64,000 bases of DNA from Gammaproteobacteria bacterium (lineage in GTDB: Bacteria > Pseudomonadota > Gammaproteobacteria > Eutrophobiales > Eutrophobiaceae): positions 33-64,032 of the forward strand of contig JBFIJV010000001.1 in assembly GCA_041600575.1 (NCBI GenBank), written 5' to 3'. Positions 7,957-17,616 of the stretch are shown one piece after another. The position numbers were made by a program, and so were the translations under genes. Position 1 is the stretch's first letter. Every line of letters begins with the position of its first letter. The notes under the pieces were generated by a model. That model saw only the letters and a program-made list of their open reading frames with translations, was not told the origin of the DNA and made no database searches.

Positions 7957-10856
7957 TGAAAGACTTTTGGACAACTGACTTCGGGTCGGTTAGCTCTGAG
8001 GAAAGTGTATCGCCTAGTGAAACCACACAACCTGCCGATGATTTTTGGTCGAGAGATTTTGGTGGTGGAGCCAATAGTGTTTCAGGCGGCAATCCTGTAG
8101 AAAAACCCGGATTTTTAGAAAACACATACGATAGTTTTGCTGACGGCTTTGAGGACTTGCAGTCGTTCATGTCGGTAACGTCAGCCCTTTCTGGCGCAAC
8201 AGATAAGAGTGATGCTGCAAACTCTGTGGCAAATTACTTCTCAAGAGCTTCAACAAGAGAAGACCCTCAATACAGGACTGACTTTAATTCAGACTTAAAG
8301 ACGGCTACTGACAGAGTTGGGCAGATGGAGTCTTATTCTGACAAGGGCTGGGCAATGCTTGATGTTGTTAAAGAGATCGCCATGAACCCAAAAGGAGCTG
8401 TTGACCTCGCGGCAGAAAGTGGCGCTACTTTTATCCCTTCAGCAATACTTGGTTTTGCTGGTGGTGTTGGTGGTGGCGCGGCTGGATCGGTAATTCCCGG
8501 TGTAGGCTCTGTCGTAGGCGCTGGTCTTGGCGCAAAAACAGGCATGGCGGCTGGTTCAATGGCTGTTGAGACAGGCTCAAAAGTGATTGAGTTGATTGGT
8601 GAAGAGGCTCGCAACAAAGGTCTTGACCCATCAAACCCAGCCGATGTAAACACCATACTTAATGATGAAGATTTTTTGGCTTCAGCGACTAAGGCTGGTT
8701 TAATTAAAGGCTCTACTATTGCCGCCTTGAACTTCATGACTATCCCTGTTGCCGGCAAGATGCTTAACGCTCCACGAAGGGCTGCTGACTCAAAGATTAA
8801 AAAAATATTAACCAATAAAAATATTGACGCAAAAGACCCTGCCGCTATCAAGAAAGCTATGTTAGATCCGGAGGTCAATACCAGTATAAGAAAAGTTTAC
8901 AGTGATTTAGACAAATCATTAGCCTCAAAAACTGGGAAAGTTGCGCGAGGAACTGCAGCAGGAACGATAGAGACTGTTAGTGAAGGTGCTGGCGAATACC
9001 TTGGTGAAGAATTCTCTGGTGGAGAAGGCTCTCTCTATGAATCAGTCCTTGAAAGCGTAGGAGCATTAGTTCAGTCAACTGTGCACGCTGGTGCTGGTTA
9101 TGCAATCGAGAGATCTAAAGCAAGTATCACAGACATTCTCGCAGCCGACAATGTTGGTGACGCAACAAAAGTAATGGACGAAGCTGCTGGCTCCGTCAAC
9201 GGAAAAGTAAAAACACGTCCCAAAGGATCTGTGCTTAACTTCGACTTCGATGATAATGGAGTCGGCACACCAGACCTCTCCCCTATTAAGTCTTTCGATG
9301 ACGCTGATAGCGCTCTACGCAAACTCTATGATTCAAATCCCGAAGGTATAAACCCAAAAAGCTATGAAGCTGTTGAGGAGAATGTCCTCAAAAAAGAACG
9401 CCTCAAACTACGAAACCAAGAATACACTGAGCAAGGTATAAATTATTTTGATACTGAAGAAGAATTTGCTGACGCTGATTCTCGACTTCAGCGATTAGCT
9501 AAAGCAGAAGCAGAAAGCAATGGCTACGAATATGATGCAAGCGACTTCGAAGTAGGCACTGCCGACAAAGAATTAAAACCACTGGTAAAAGCTATTGAGC
9601 AAATCGGTGGGCTGAAGGTTGTTTTCTTGCGTGACAATCGGACAGACAAGGGCTTTGCTTTTAATGGAGCAGTATTAAGCCAAGACTCGAACACAATCTT
9701 TATTAATGAAGATACCGAGACCCCTCACCTTGCTGTTTTAGGGCACGAGCTGTCTCACATTATTGAAAAGAAAGACGCGAAAGTTTATGAGTTTTTTAGA
9801 AGTGAGGCCATGAAGCTCGTAAGGAATGAGCAATCATACCAGCAGCGGTTGTCACAACAAATGATGAAGGAGACACGGGACGCTTTAGATAAGGGTGTCG
9901 TGGCCAAGATAGAGTCGCAGGAAAAAGCAATTAAAGCCTCACAAGGAAGGATTAACCAACTTGAGACAGGCATAAAGTCAGCCGAGAAAAAAGGCGACGC
10001 TAAAACGATGGCATCACGTCAGGAAAAATTAGCAACAGAACAAGCTACATTATCTGAACTCCAGTCAAAACGCGCAGAAATGGAAGATGCACAGTCTGTT
10101 GATATGGATGTGGTAAACAAAGAGTTACTGGCTGATATTCAGGGCGACATGTTTTTGAACCCGGAATTTTACACCAACCTATCGAAGAAGAACCCTACCT
10201 TGTTCAAGAAGTTTGCTGATATGACGCTTGAAATCATAGACAAACTCCTTGGTGTGTTCGGAGTTCAGAAGGATGTTGATGGTTATAGCGCCAAAGGCTA
10301 CGGAACAGAGAAATACGTCTCCGATATTCAAGCAATGCGCGACCTGATTGTTCAGACAATGGACTCATTTAGCAATAATGAGCAAGACCGTCAGAAAGAG
10401 CAAGCCTCTCAGGACGTTCAAGCGGAAGCTGTCGCAGCAGAAAACACTGACGCGGTTAATCAGCAAGCGCCACCAGAAAAATCTGAAAAGGACTCTTCTG
10501 ACAGGGAGTTGCCACAAGCCAAAGAAGCTGCAAACACACCAGAACCAGTTGTCAATAGTGGGCAGCCGAAAAAAGAAACTAAAAAACAAATGGAGAGTTC
10601 TCAGAAGAACTCACCACCTAAAAGCAGGAAGAATAAGAACAAGTCTGGCTTGCAGGAAGTGATTGACAAATATAAAAATCCTGATAACCAATACAAGAGG
10701 AAAGTTGATAAGTTAAGAACAGTGTTAATCGACGTTGAGTACGAGGTAGACGGGGAAGTTTTTGCCGAGAAAGAAAATGCAGCAAAATTAATTGAAGGTA
10801 CTGACTCTCAGATTGACGAAATAAAACAATTAATATCATGTTTAAAGGCAGGTTGA
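7956..10856 (+). CDS. Large virion protein (966 aa) with an HExxH zincin-like motif and a C-terminal coiled-coil/K-rich tail
   Basis: 'LAVLGHELSHIIEK' (HExxH) motif. Size and position fit an ejection or internal protein. Confidence 0.5.
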   Translation: MKDFWTTDFGSVSSEESVSPSETTQPADDFWSRDFGGGANSVSGGNPVEKPGFLENTYDSFADGFEDLQSFMSVTSALSGATDKSDAANSVANYFSRASTREDPQYRTDFNSDLKTATDRVGQMESYSDKGWAMLDVVKEIAMNPKGAVDLAAESGATFIPSAILGFAGGVGGGAAGSVIPGVGSVVGAGLGAKTGMAAGSMAVETGSKVIELIGEEARNKGLDPSNPADVNTILNDEDFLASATKAGLIKGSTIAALNFMTIPVAGKMLNAPRRAADSKIKKILTNKNIDAKDPAAIKKAMLDPEVNTSIRKVYSDLDKSLASKTGKVARGTAAGTIETVSEGAGEYLGEEFSGGEGSLYESVLESVGALVQSTVHAGAGYAIERSKASITDILAADNVGDATKVMDEAAGSVNGKVKTRPKGSVLNFDFDDNGVGTPDLSPIKSFDDADSALRKLYDSNPEGINPKSYEAVEENVLKKERLKLRNQEYTEQGINYFDTEEEFADADSRLQRLAKAEAESNGYEYDASDFEVGTADKELKPLVKAIEQIGGLKVVFLRDNRTDKGFAFNGAVLSQDSNTIFINEDTETPHLAVLGHELSHIIEKKDAKVYEFFRSEAMKLVRNEQSYQQRLSQQMMKETRDALDKGVVAKIESQEKAIKASQGRINQLETGIKSAEKKGDAKTMASRQEKLATEQATLSELQSKRAEMEDAQSVDMDVVNKELLADIQGDMFLNPEFYTNLSKKNPTLFKKFADMTLEIIDKLLGVFGVQKDVDGYSAKGYGTEKYVSDIQAMRDLIVQTMDSFSNNEQDRQKEQASQDVQAEAVAAENTDAVNQQAPPEKSEKDSSDRELPQAKEAANTPEPVVNSGQPKKETKKQMESSQKNSPPKSRKNKNKSGLQEVIDKYKNPDNQYKRKVDKLRTVLIDVEYEVDGEVFAEKENAAKLIEGTDSQIDEIKQLISCLKAG

Positions 10857-10857
10857 A

Positions 10858-11202
10858 ATGGTCTTAAAAAAGAAAGCGTCAAAGTCCAAAGCTGAGTTGC
10901 TAAGGGCAAAAAAACACACGGCGACAAAAGAAAGTTTAGATTCTGTTGATTCGCGCCAAATGATGGAGCTAGTCTCTAAGTCTGTGTCAGATGCTGTTGA
11001 TAAGGCAGTGGCCAAAGGCATTCTTGAGACTCAATTAATTGCTAAGGCAATACAGGATAGGCCGCAGCCTGAGACTCAAGTTCAGTTGGTTCAAAACCAA
11101 GCGCCAGCAATTAAAAACATTAAAGTCACGAACATTAGTCGTGACTCACGCGGATTAATTAAGGACATGGATATGAAGGTTGAGAGGGAGAGTATTCACT
11201 AG
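10858..11202 (+). CDS. Hypothetical protein (114 aa)
   Basis: ORF followed by an intrinsic terminator. Confidence 0.45.
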   Translation: MVLKKKASKSKAELLRAKKHTATKESLDSVDSRQMMELVSKSVSDAVDKAVAKGILETQLIAKAIQDRPQPETQVQLVQNQAPAIKNIKVTNISRDSRGLIKDMDMKVERESIH

Positions 11203-11226
11203 GGGTAATTTTGTTACACATATTAA

Positions 11227-11250
11227 CCGCTTTGGGCGGTATTTTTTTTG
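11227..11250 (+). terminator. Rho-independent terminator
   Basis: ACCGC-tttg-GGCGGT followed by T9. Confidence 0.6.
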
Positions 11251-11266
11251 ATTTAGGAGAAACAAA

Positions 11267-13450
11267 ATGGCAATGGTAGACGCAGACTGGAGCATTGATC
11301 GTGCGACAGGCAATATTAGATATATAGGTGATGATCATACACTCTCAGGAGGCTCGCCCTCGTATGCGACGGTCATTCAATTTCACAGATGGATAGCAGC
11401 GTTCTCGGATAACGAGGCGTATGACTCAGGCGGTGTTGCTACTGATAACATCGAGGTCGATATCATCGACAAAGAAGTTTCTACCCGGTCAACTGATAAC
11501 ATTGTCAATCTCATTAATGGGTATAATGTCACAGAAACAGAAATCGAGCATCTCTATGATGGTACGATTGTTCAAGGCTCTGGCATAACTGAAGAGCGAT
11601 GGGATGGTATTGTTAACTTTGGTAATCCAAGTGCGCACATTCAGGTACAGCAAGACGGTGCGACTCTAACCGATGATTTTTGGAATTTTGGTTACGAAGC
11701 AGGCACACATACTCCTGCTGGTGGTAGCGCAACAGTATTAACAGATACTACGCTTGCAGCGACAACGGATGAGTTTATTGGTTACACCATAGTCAATATC
11801 ACTGATGGATCTCGCGGCATTATTACTGCTAACACTACAACCACTGTTACTGTTGCGGCATTATATGGCGGAACGACTGACGCGTGGGCACAAAACGATG
11901 TTTACCATATTGCAGTGCCGCTTAATGGTGATGCTGGACAGGGTATATCACATCGCTTCATGGTTAAGACCAGAGAGAATGGTGTTGATATAGACCGAAG
12001 ACGTTTAGTGGGTACTACCAGAAGGTATGGCAATACCTATGGCGAGTTTAAGATTAATGGTACTTCACAGGGTAACAACGTATTTGCACTATCCGATACA
12101 GGCGATTTGAATAACAACACGGATTTTGCAACGATTGATGCGATTGCCGATATTCTTAATACCGAAGGCTTACGGGCCATTGATATTTCTGGTGATGGTG
12201 CCACTGAGGATTACTATTCAGAATGGGATCGTGGTGCTAACTCAATTAATGTCTTTTATGAAAGACTTAAATTACTTTCAGCCGACTCAACTGCAGAAAC
12301 ACTTCACGGTGTAAGTGGCGAGTTTTTCCGAGGCGTTACTCATTCTGGCCCTTATGATACAGAGACAGGTGCACCAACAACTGCAACCAATGACAAGCAT
12401 GTCTATGGTACGTTAGTTGATACGGGTGTTGTCACAGGCGGCCCATTTGTTGTGGGTGAGGTTGTTCGTGAAACTGGGTCGGATAACTGGAGAGGTCGTG
12501 TACTTGGTGTAGACGCTACAAACACCACTCTTATTGTTGATGTAGAGGTTGGTAGTGTAACTACTGGTGAAGCAATTATCGGTGACACGTCAGGTGCAAC
12601 GGCGACAACTTCTGCAACGCCAACAGGTGAAGAAATTCAAAACGCAGCGGGAGAGGTGCTTGTATTAGCATTTGACGATAATGGTGCCGCTGGTAGTTTT
12701 TATGGCCAGGTTACAAAGGGTGTTGGTTGGTTAAACAATACTCGTCTTTATGATGCAACTGATCATACTGACTACTACACCATGAGTGCGGCATCAACGG
12801 AACGCGCAATATCTACACCTTTCGTTGGTGTATCTACTGGCTCGGCGTTGATTGGTGCTTACGGCATAGGGTTGCAAGCTAATGATACAGCGGCTGCTGA
12901 CACCTACTTTGACTTAAGTAATACAGCTATTAACCCGCCAAACACGGTGACGTTTACAGCGTCTGGATTTATCTCAGGCGATTATGTGTTATGTACAGAA
13001 GATAGTGGCGGTGATATTAACTTCACTCAAATGGCGACTACAGGTGCGACAATTACGGGTGCGGCAGTAACGGAAATACCCGTTGTTGCTATACCTTCTG
13101 ATACACCGCTAACGTCTGGGACAAAAGGTGGTATTCGAGTGCAGCGTGATGATGGATTGTACAGTTTGCATCGTTACACGGCCTTGGATCTAACCACTGA
13201 TATATTCACTATTCCTTCATTTGACTTTAGTTCCAATAACGTCACTTCAGGCAATAATGTGTTTGTGTCTTATCTTGACCTTGTAACATCAGGAACGTCT
13301 GAAATATTTCAGTATGTATACAGTTCAGACAGAACTCACTTCTTGCGAGTTCGTGACGGAGGTGTAACGCCAATTAAAACGGCAGAAGGTACGGGTATAA
13401 TGGGAACGAACGGCGGTAGTGGTTCTATCAACCGAGTGTCTGACGCATAA
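11267..13450 (+). CDS. Tail fibre/tailspike-like protein (727 aa)
   Basis: GGAGAAA RBS. Thr/Gly/Ser-rich beta-type composition. Confidence 0.55.
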   Translation: MAMVDADWSIDRATGNIRYIGDDHTLSGGSPSYATVIQFHRWIAAFSDNEAYDSGGVATDNIEVDIIDKEVSTRSTDNIVNLINGYNVTETEIEHLYDGTIVQGSGITEERWDGIVNFGNPSAHIQVQQDGATLTDDFWNFGYEAGTHTPAGGSATVLTDTTLAATTDEFIGYTIVNITDGSRGIITANTTTTVTVAALYGGTTDAWAQNDVYHIAVPLNGDAGQGISHRFMVKTRENGVDIDRRRLVGTTRRYGNTYGEFKINGTSQGNNVFALSDTGDLNNNTDFATIDAIADILNTEGLRAIDISGDGATEDYYSEWDRGANSINVFYERLKLLSADSTAETLHGVSGEFFRGVTHSGPYDTETGAPTTATNDKHVYGTLVDTGVVTGGPFVVGEVVRETGSDNWRGRVLGVDATNTTLIVDVEVGSVTTGEAIIGDTSGATATTSATPTGEEIQNAAGEVLVLAFDDNGAAGSFYGQVTKGVGWLNNTRLYDATDHTDYYTMSAASTERAISTPFVGVSTGSALIGAYGIGLQANDTAAADTYFDLSNTAINPPNTVTFTASGFISGDYVLCTEDSGGDINFTQMATTGATITGAAVTEIPVVAIPSDTPLTSGTKGGIRVQRDDGLYSLHRYTALDLTTDIFTIPSFDFSSNNVTSGNNVFVSYLDLVTSGTSEIFQYVYSSDRTHFLRVRDGGVTPIKTAEGTGIMGTNGGSGSINRVSDA

Positions 13451-13824
13451 TGATTACTCTCTTAACAATGTTGGAGGACGGCTATTCAAGTTCGTTTGAA
13501 CACTTAGCCTTTCGCCAACTTAAAGGGGCGTATGGAATTAATCTAATTTCAATCCCGCATGATTACGCAACAATGCAGGAAGGGTTAGATGTGGCTATCG
13601 GTACTAAAGTGTTTATGTGCCCACCCGGAAGGGTGGGGCATAGCACTGAAATGAAAGACTCCACATTGCCTACGGGTGATGTGGTATTCATTTTAGGTTC
13701 GCCACAAAACGATCTCCATTCATACATCACAGAATCAGAAATTGTCTACCATATAACTACGCCACAACCAGTAGATATTATGGCGATTTCAGTGGCTGGA
13801 ATAGTATTGAATGAGTACGGATAA
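13450..13824 (+). CDS. Hypothetical protein (124 aa)
   Basis: ATGA-coupled ORF. Confidence 0.4.
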   Translation: MITLLTMLEDGYSSSFEHLAFRQLKGAYGINLISIPHDYATMQEGLDVAIGTKVFMCPPGRVGHSTEMKDSTLPTGDVVFILGSPQNDLHSYITESEIVYHITTPQPVDIMAISVAGIVLNEYG

Positions 13825-15736
13825 CAGGCGCAAAGTAAACAACTGTGAAAACAGCACTGGTTGGACTGGTGATGATACCGCAAATGCTATAACTACGGAT
13901 GGCTCATTTATTGAAGGGTCTACAGGACTAGCTACGCAGTTATCAAATGCTGACGAGCAGATGTCTACCACACAAGACACGACTAGCGCGGGGGCATATT
14001 CTACTGATTGGTCTGATACCACTTTGTATATGAACATCAAAGATAATCTCATGGCAGGTTATTCAGCAGGTGGTGTTCAGTTTGTTGTCGGTGACGCAGC
14101 AGATTTAGTTGGTTACTTTGTGGCAGGTAATGATGCGGTAGGTATGCCGGGACAATTATTCTTCTCAGCTTACAAGCTCGATGTTTCAGTAGTAGTTGCT
14201 TCACCCGGTACTGTTAATGTTGATTACACAAACTTTGCAGGGTCGGAGGGTTCTCTAGATCATACAGCGTGTACTCGATTAGGTTACGGCACTATCCATC
14301 TAGCCAAAGCAGTAGGCTCGATTGATAACATCATTATGGATGGATTTTATTCCATTGCTAACGGTTCTTACGCTTTAACGATTAATGCAGGAACATCAGG
14401 TACGCCTGAGACTACGGCAGATGTTTCTGGTGATGATGTAACTAATGGATGGAACTTAGTTACTAATCCTCGCGGTACATTATATAACTTCTTCTCTCCT
14501 ACCGAGTGGGGGGAATCAACTGCATCCGCAGACCATTACTTTACTGCGGATGGTGAGCAATGGTTTTGGATTGGTGACAACTCAGGAGGTCACGCTATTG
14601 GCGCAGGGAACTTCCCTTTTAGAGTGGTCGGCAACGCAACGGACACAGGCAGTTTTGTTATATCGAATGTCGCTATTATTAACACAGGCACAGCAGCAGA
14701 CTTTGATTGTTCAAGCACAAATGTTAATACTTTAGAGATAAACGGTTGCTCAATGACAGGGTTAGCTACGTTCAACGCGCCAAGCTCAGGCGGTACTAGT
14801 AGATTCTGCACTAACACTATTTTCTCAGGATGCGGTTTGGTTACACATAATGGCGCATCATTAAATGAGTCAAGTATTTTACTTTCTACTGTCGCAGCAG
14901 ATACAGGGGCGTTACTTTACAACTCCGCAACCGATCCAGATGGTTTAATAGATGGAATGACGTTCTCGCAAGGCACTAATGCACATCACGCAATAGACTT
15001 TGGAACATTGGTCACATCAGATATTACTATTAGAGATTGTGAGTTTACTGGCTTCTCAGGCTCAGAAAATGTTAATGGTTCAACTTTTAGATTCTTAGCT
15101 ACAACAGGTTCACTAAATCTTAACTTAATTAATTGCACCGTTGGTGGCGCAGCAGCGAGTCAAGCCAACATCGGTGTTGATGATGCAGCAGGAATAACCG
15201 TTACAGTTGTTATCTCGCCCGTTACTGAAACCATTAATGTGAAGGGCGGCGGAGCAAATATAGAAAACGCGAGAGTTTTAATAGAAACAGCATCCACGAT
15301 TACTGGCGGCGAAATGTTTGAGGCTGCGACAACTTCTTTAACGTCATTAACAGGAACAGCCACTTGCACGACAACCGGAGTACATGGGTTGGTGACAGGT
15401 GACTACGTTGTTATTCGAGGAGCGCAACCAGACGAGTACAACAGGGTTGCCTTAGTGACAGTAACTAGCACAACCGTATTTACATACGCTGTATCAACAG
15501 GCATAGCCACGACAGCAACAGGAACACCAGTTGTGTCCTTTGTTGCAATAAGTGGGTTAACAGACGCTAGTGGCAATATATCAGCGACACGGACTTGGGG
15601 TGCTGCACAAGAAATGAAAGGCTGGGCGAGAAAGGTGAACTCAGTATCGCCTTTCTGGAAGCAGGCAGAGATTTCGTACACAATAGACAGCAATAACGGT
15701 AATACAGTTAACGCAGTCCTACAACCAGACGAGTAA
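13811..15736 (+). CDS. Tailspike-like protein (641 aa). Possibly a beta-helix
   Basis: Repetitive G/T/N-rich segments typical of right-handed beta-helix spikes. Confidence 0.5.
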   Translation: MSTDNRRKVNNCENSTGWTGDDTANAITTDGSFIEGSTGLATQLSNADEQMSTTQDTTSAGAYSTDWSDTTLYMNIKDNLMAGYSAGGVQFVVGDAADLVGYFVAGNDAVGMPGQLFFSAYKLDVSVVVASPGTVNVDYTNFAGSEGSLDHTACTRLGYGTIHLAKAVGSIDNIIMDGFYSIANGSYALTINAGTSGTPETTADVSGDDVTNGWNLVTNPRGTLYNFFSPTEWGESTASADHYFTADGEQWFWIGDNSGGHAIGAGNFPFRVVGNATDTGSFVISNVAIINTGTAADFDCSSTNVNTLEINGCSMTGLATFNAPSSGGTSRFCTNTIFSGCGLVTHNGASLNESSILLSTVAADTGALLYNSATDPDGLIDGMTFSQGTNAHHAIDFGTLVTSDITIRDCEFTGFSGSENVNGSTFRFLATTGSLNLNLINCTVGGAAASQANIGVDDAAGITVTVVISPVTETINVKGGGANIENARVLIETASTITGGEMFEAATTSLTSLTGTATCTTTGVHGLVTGDYVVIRGAQPDEYNRVALVTVTSTTVFTYAVSTGIATTATGTPVVSFVAISGLTDASGNISATRTWGAAQEMKGWARKVNSVSPFWKQAEISYTIDSNNGNTVNAVLQPDE

Positions 15737-15739
15737 GAG

Positions 15740-16126
15740 GTGAATATGAGCATTGGAGCAACAACAGGTAAAGAGCCAGACCATGTAGCGGACGGTGATT
15801 TAAAGTCACTTGAGGAGTTGAGAGGCGCTTATAAAGATATGCACAAAGCGAAACTCTCACTTAATGAACGCGCCTCCTATCAAAGTGTTATGACTGAGCT
15901 TAGTGTAGTCAAACAGCAGATGGAAATGACGCACGAACAAATGCGTAGACTGATAGGTATGTACTCAACCTTGTCAGACGAGTTTAATGATTATAGAAGC
16001 CAACGTGTTAGAGAGCTGAATATCCGGGTTAATGGTGGTTCTACGACTTCAGTAGATCAGGATTATTTAGCGCGTTCGGCCAACGGCTCTACTTCACCAG
16101 AGGATTACGATGACCATAATAACTAG
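15740..16126 (+). CDS. Hypothetical protein (128 aa)
   Basis: ORF. Confidence 0.4.
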   Translation: MNMSIGATTGKEPDHVADGDLKSLEELRGAYKDMHKAKLSLNERASYQSVMTELSVVKQQMEMTHEQMRRLIGMYSTLSDEFNDYRSQRVRELNIRVNGGSTTSVDQDYLARSANGSTSPEDYDDHNN

Positions 16127-16814
16127 ATCAGGAAAAGGGTCGCAATTAACCCACACTGAGTTAGATACTAACTTCACTGATTTGCGTGATGGCCTTAATG
16201 CAAGACTCCCAAAAACCAGTGGCACAGGCATAAAGATCGGTGGCGAAGGTGATGACACTTTTGGTTGGCATGATTTAACAGGCCCACTCCAGATCGATAG
16301 CGATGATGCTAATAGAGCACTAATGCAGACATATCGTGGAGTGCTTAAGCAGAGGCAATTCATAGAAGCGGTAAGCGAGGCTTATGTAGACTTTCATATA
16401 CCACACGATTATTTGCCGGGGAGTGCAATTTATATCCACGCTCACTGGTCGCATAATAGCGCGTTAGTCACTGGTGGCTCCGTTACTTGGAAGTTTGATG
16501 CTATGTACGCCAAAGGGCACACTCAGCAAGCATTCTCTGCCCCAGTCCCTATTACCGTTGCGCAGAGCGCAAACACTACCCAATATATGCACATGATTGC
16601 TGAAACCGCAGCTTCAACGCCGGGCGGTAGCGCAGGACAGTTAGACACAGATCTAATGGAAGTAGATGGCATTATTCAATGCCTTGTATCACTGGATAGC
16701 AACGACATAACAAGTAGTGGTGCAGTGCCCGATCCTTTTGTTCACCAAGTTGATATTCATTACCAATCAATAGGTGCACCAACTAAACAACGCGCACCAG
16801 ACTTCTATACCTAA
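16110..16814 (+). CDS. Hypothetical structural protein (234 aa)
   Basis: ORF. Confidence 0.45.
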   Translation: MTIITRSGKGSQLTHTELDTNFTDLRDGLNARLPKTSGTGIKIGGEGDDTFGWHDLTGPLQIDSDDANRALMQTYRGVLKQRQFIEAVSEAYVDFHIPHDYLPGSAIYIHAHWSHNSALVTGGSVTWKFDAMYAKGHTQQAFSAPVPITVAQSANTTQYMHMIAETAASTPGGSAGQLDTDLMEVDGIIQCLVSLDSNDITSSGAVPDPFVHQVDIHYQSIGAPTKQRAPDFYT

Positions 16815-17392
16815 TGGCCACAATAACCGAATATGTAGATGCTGACTATGTAGACAGCGGCTACTACCAGACTTCGATGGAGGTCATCTGGGGAACGAGG
16901 GTAATATTTATTCCACGCCTTTACTTGACGCTAGTCCAGTCAGTCCCAACAGTTATTTACGATCTTGATTTAGATCAGTTTAGGCTTGATTTAAGGGCGT
17001 TAGAAGCAACCGAAGAAGGCTCGCCTTTCCCCGATACACACAGCCACAATACATCCGTTACTCTTGGTGGTATTGACTATGCGCGATTAGTCGAAATTAT
17101 TAACGGCTATACAGTTACATTCGAAGATGGTCAATACGCTGTTAACTTGATTGGCGCTAATAGTAACGTGGGTGACGTAGTAAACGTAAACCAAGTGTCT
17201 ATCCGGCCCCAGAACTCAGCGGGTAACATTTCACAAGCTGCGATACTCGAAAAGATTACCGAGTTATGGCAGGAGCGTGGACTAGACCCTGAAAACCCAA
17301 CAACCTACTCACTCACATCAACAAGCAATGGCGCGTTAACCTTAACGCATGATGGCGACCCAGAAAACAGCATAACAACCACACGACAATGA
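16814..17392 (+). CDS. Hypothetical structural protein (192 aa)
   Basis: ORF. Confidence 0.45.
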   Translation: MATITEYVDADYVDSGYYQTSMEVIWGTRVIFIPRLYLTLVQSVPTVIYDLDLDQFRLDLRALEATEEGSPFPDTHSHNTSVTLGGIDYARLVEIINGYTVTFEDGQYAVNLIGANSNVGDVVNVNQVSIRPQNSAGNISQAAILEKITELWQERGLDPENPTTYSLTSTSNGALTLTHDGDPENSITTTRQ

Positions 17393-17616
17393 GTGCTTTA
17401 TGTAGAGCAACAGGAGGCAGGGTTCCGCTTTCTGTTATCTCTTCAACAACAGAGGGCAGACTTTGCGCCTCACTTACTTATGATCTTGGTGGCAGCAGTG
17501 GCGGGACAGGAAAGTCAAAGAAATACCTAAAATTACAGCGCAACCTCCAAATTGAAGAACGCGACATACAAGAAATAACAACAATACTTATTGCATCAGG
17601 AATCCTAGACGAATGA
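17389..17616 (+). CDS. Small hypothetical protein (75 aa)
   Basis: Coupled ORF. Confidence 0.35.
   Translation: MSALCRATGGRVPLSVISSTTEGRLCASLTYDLGGSSGGTGKSKKYLKLQRNLQIEERDIQEITTILIASGILDE

Noticed and set aside
8333-8878. Antisense ORFs inside large genes, for example 8333-8878, 46336-46692, 51497-51982 and 58082-58552
   Set aside because: They are entirely within well-supported opposite-strand coding regions and their composition mirrors the sense genes. No independent signals.
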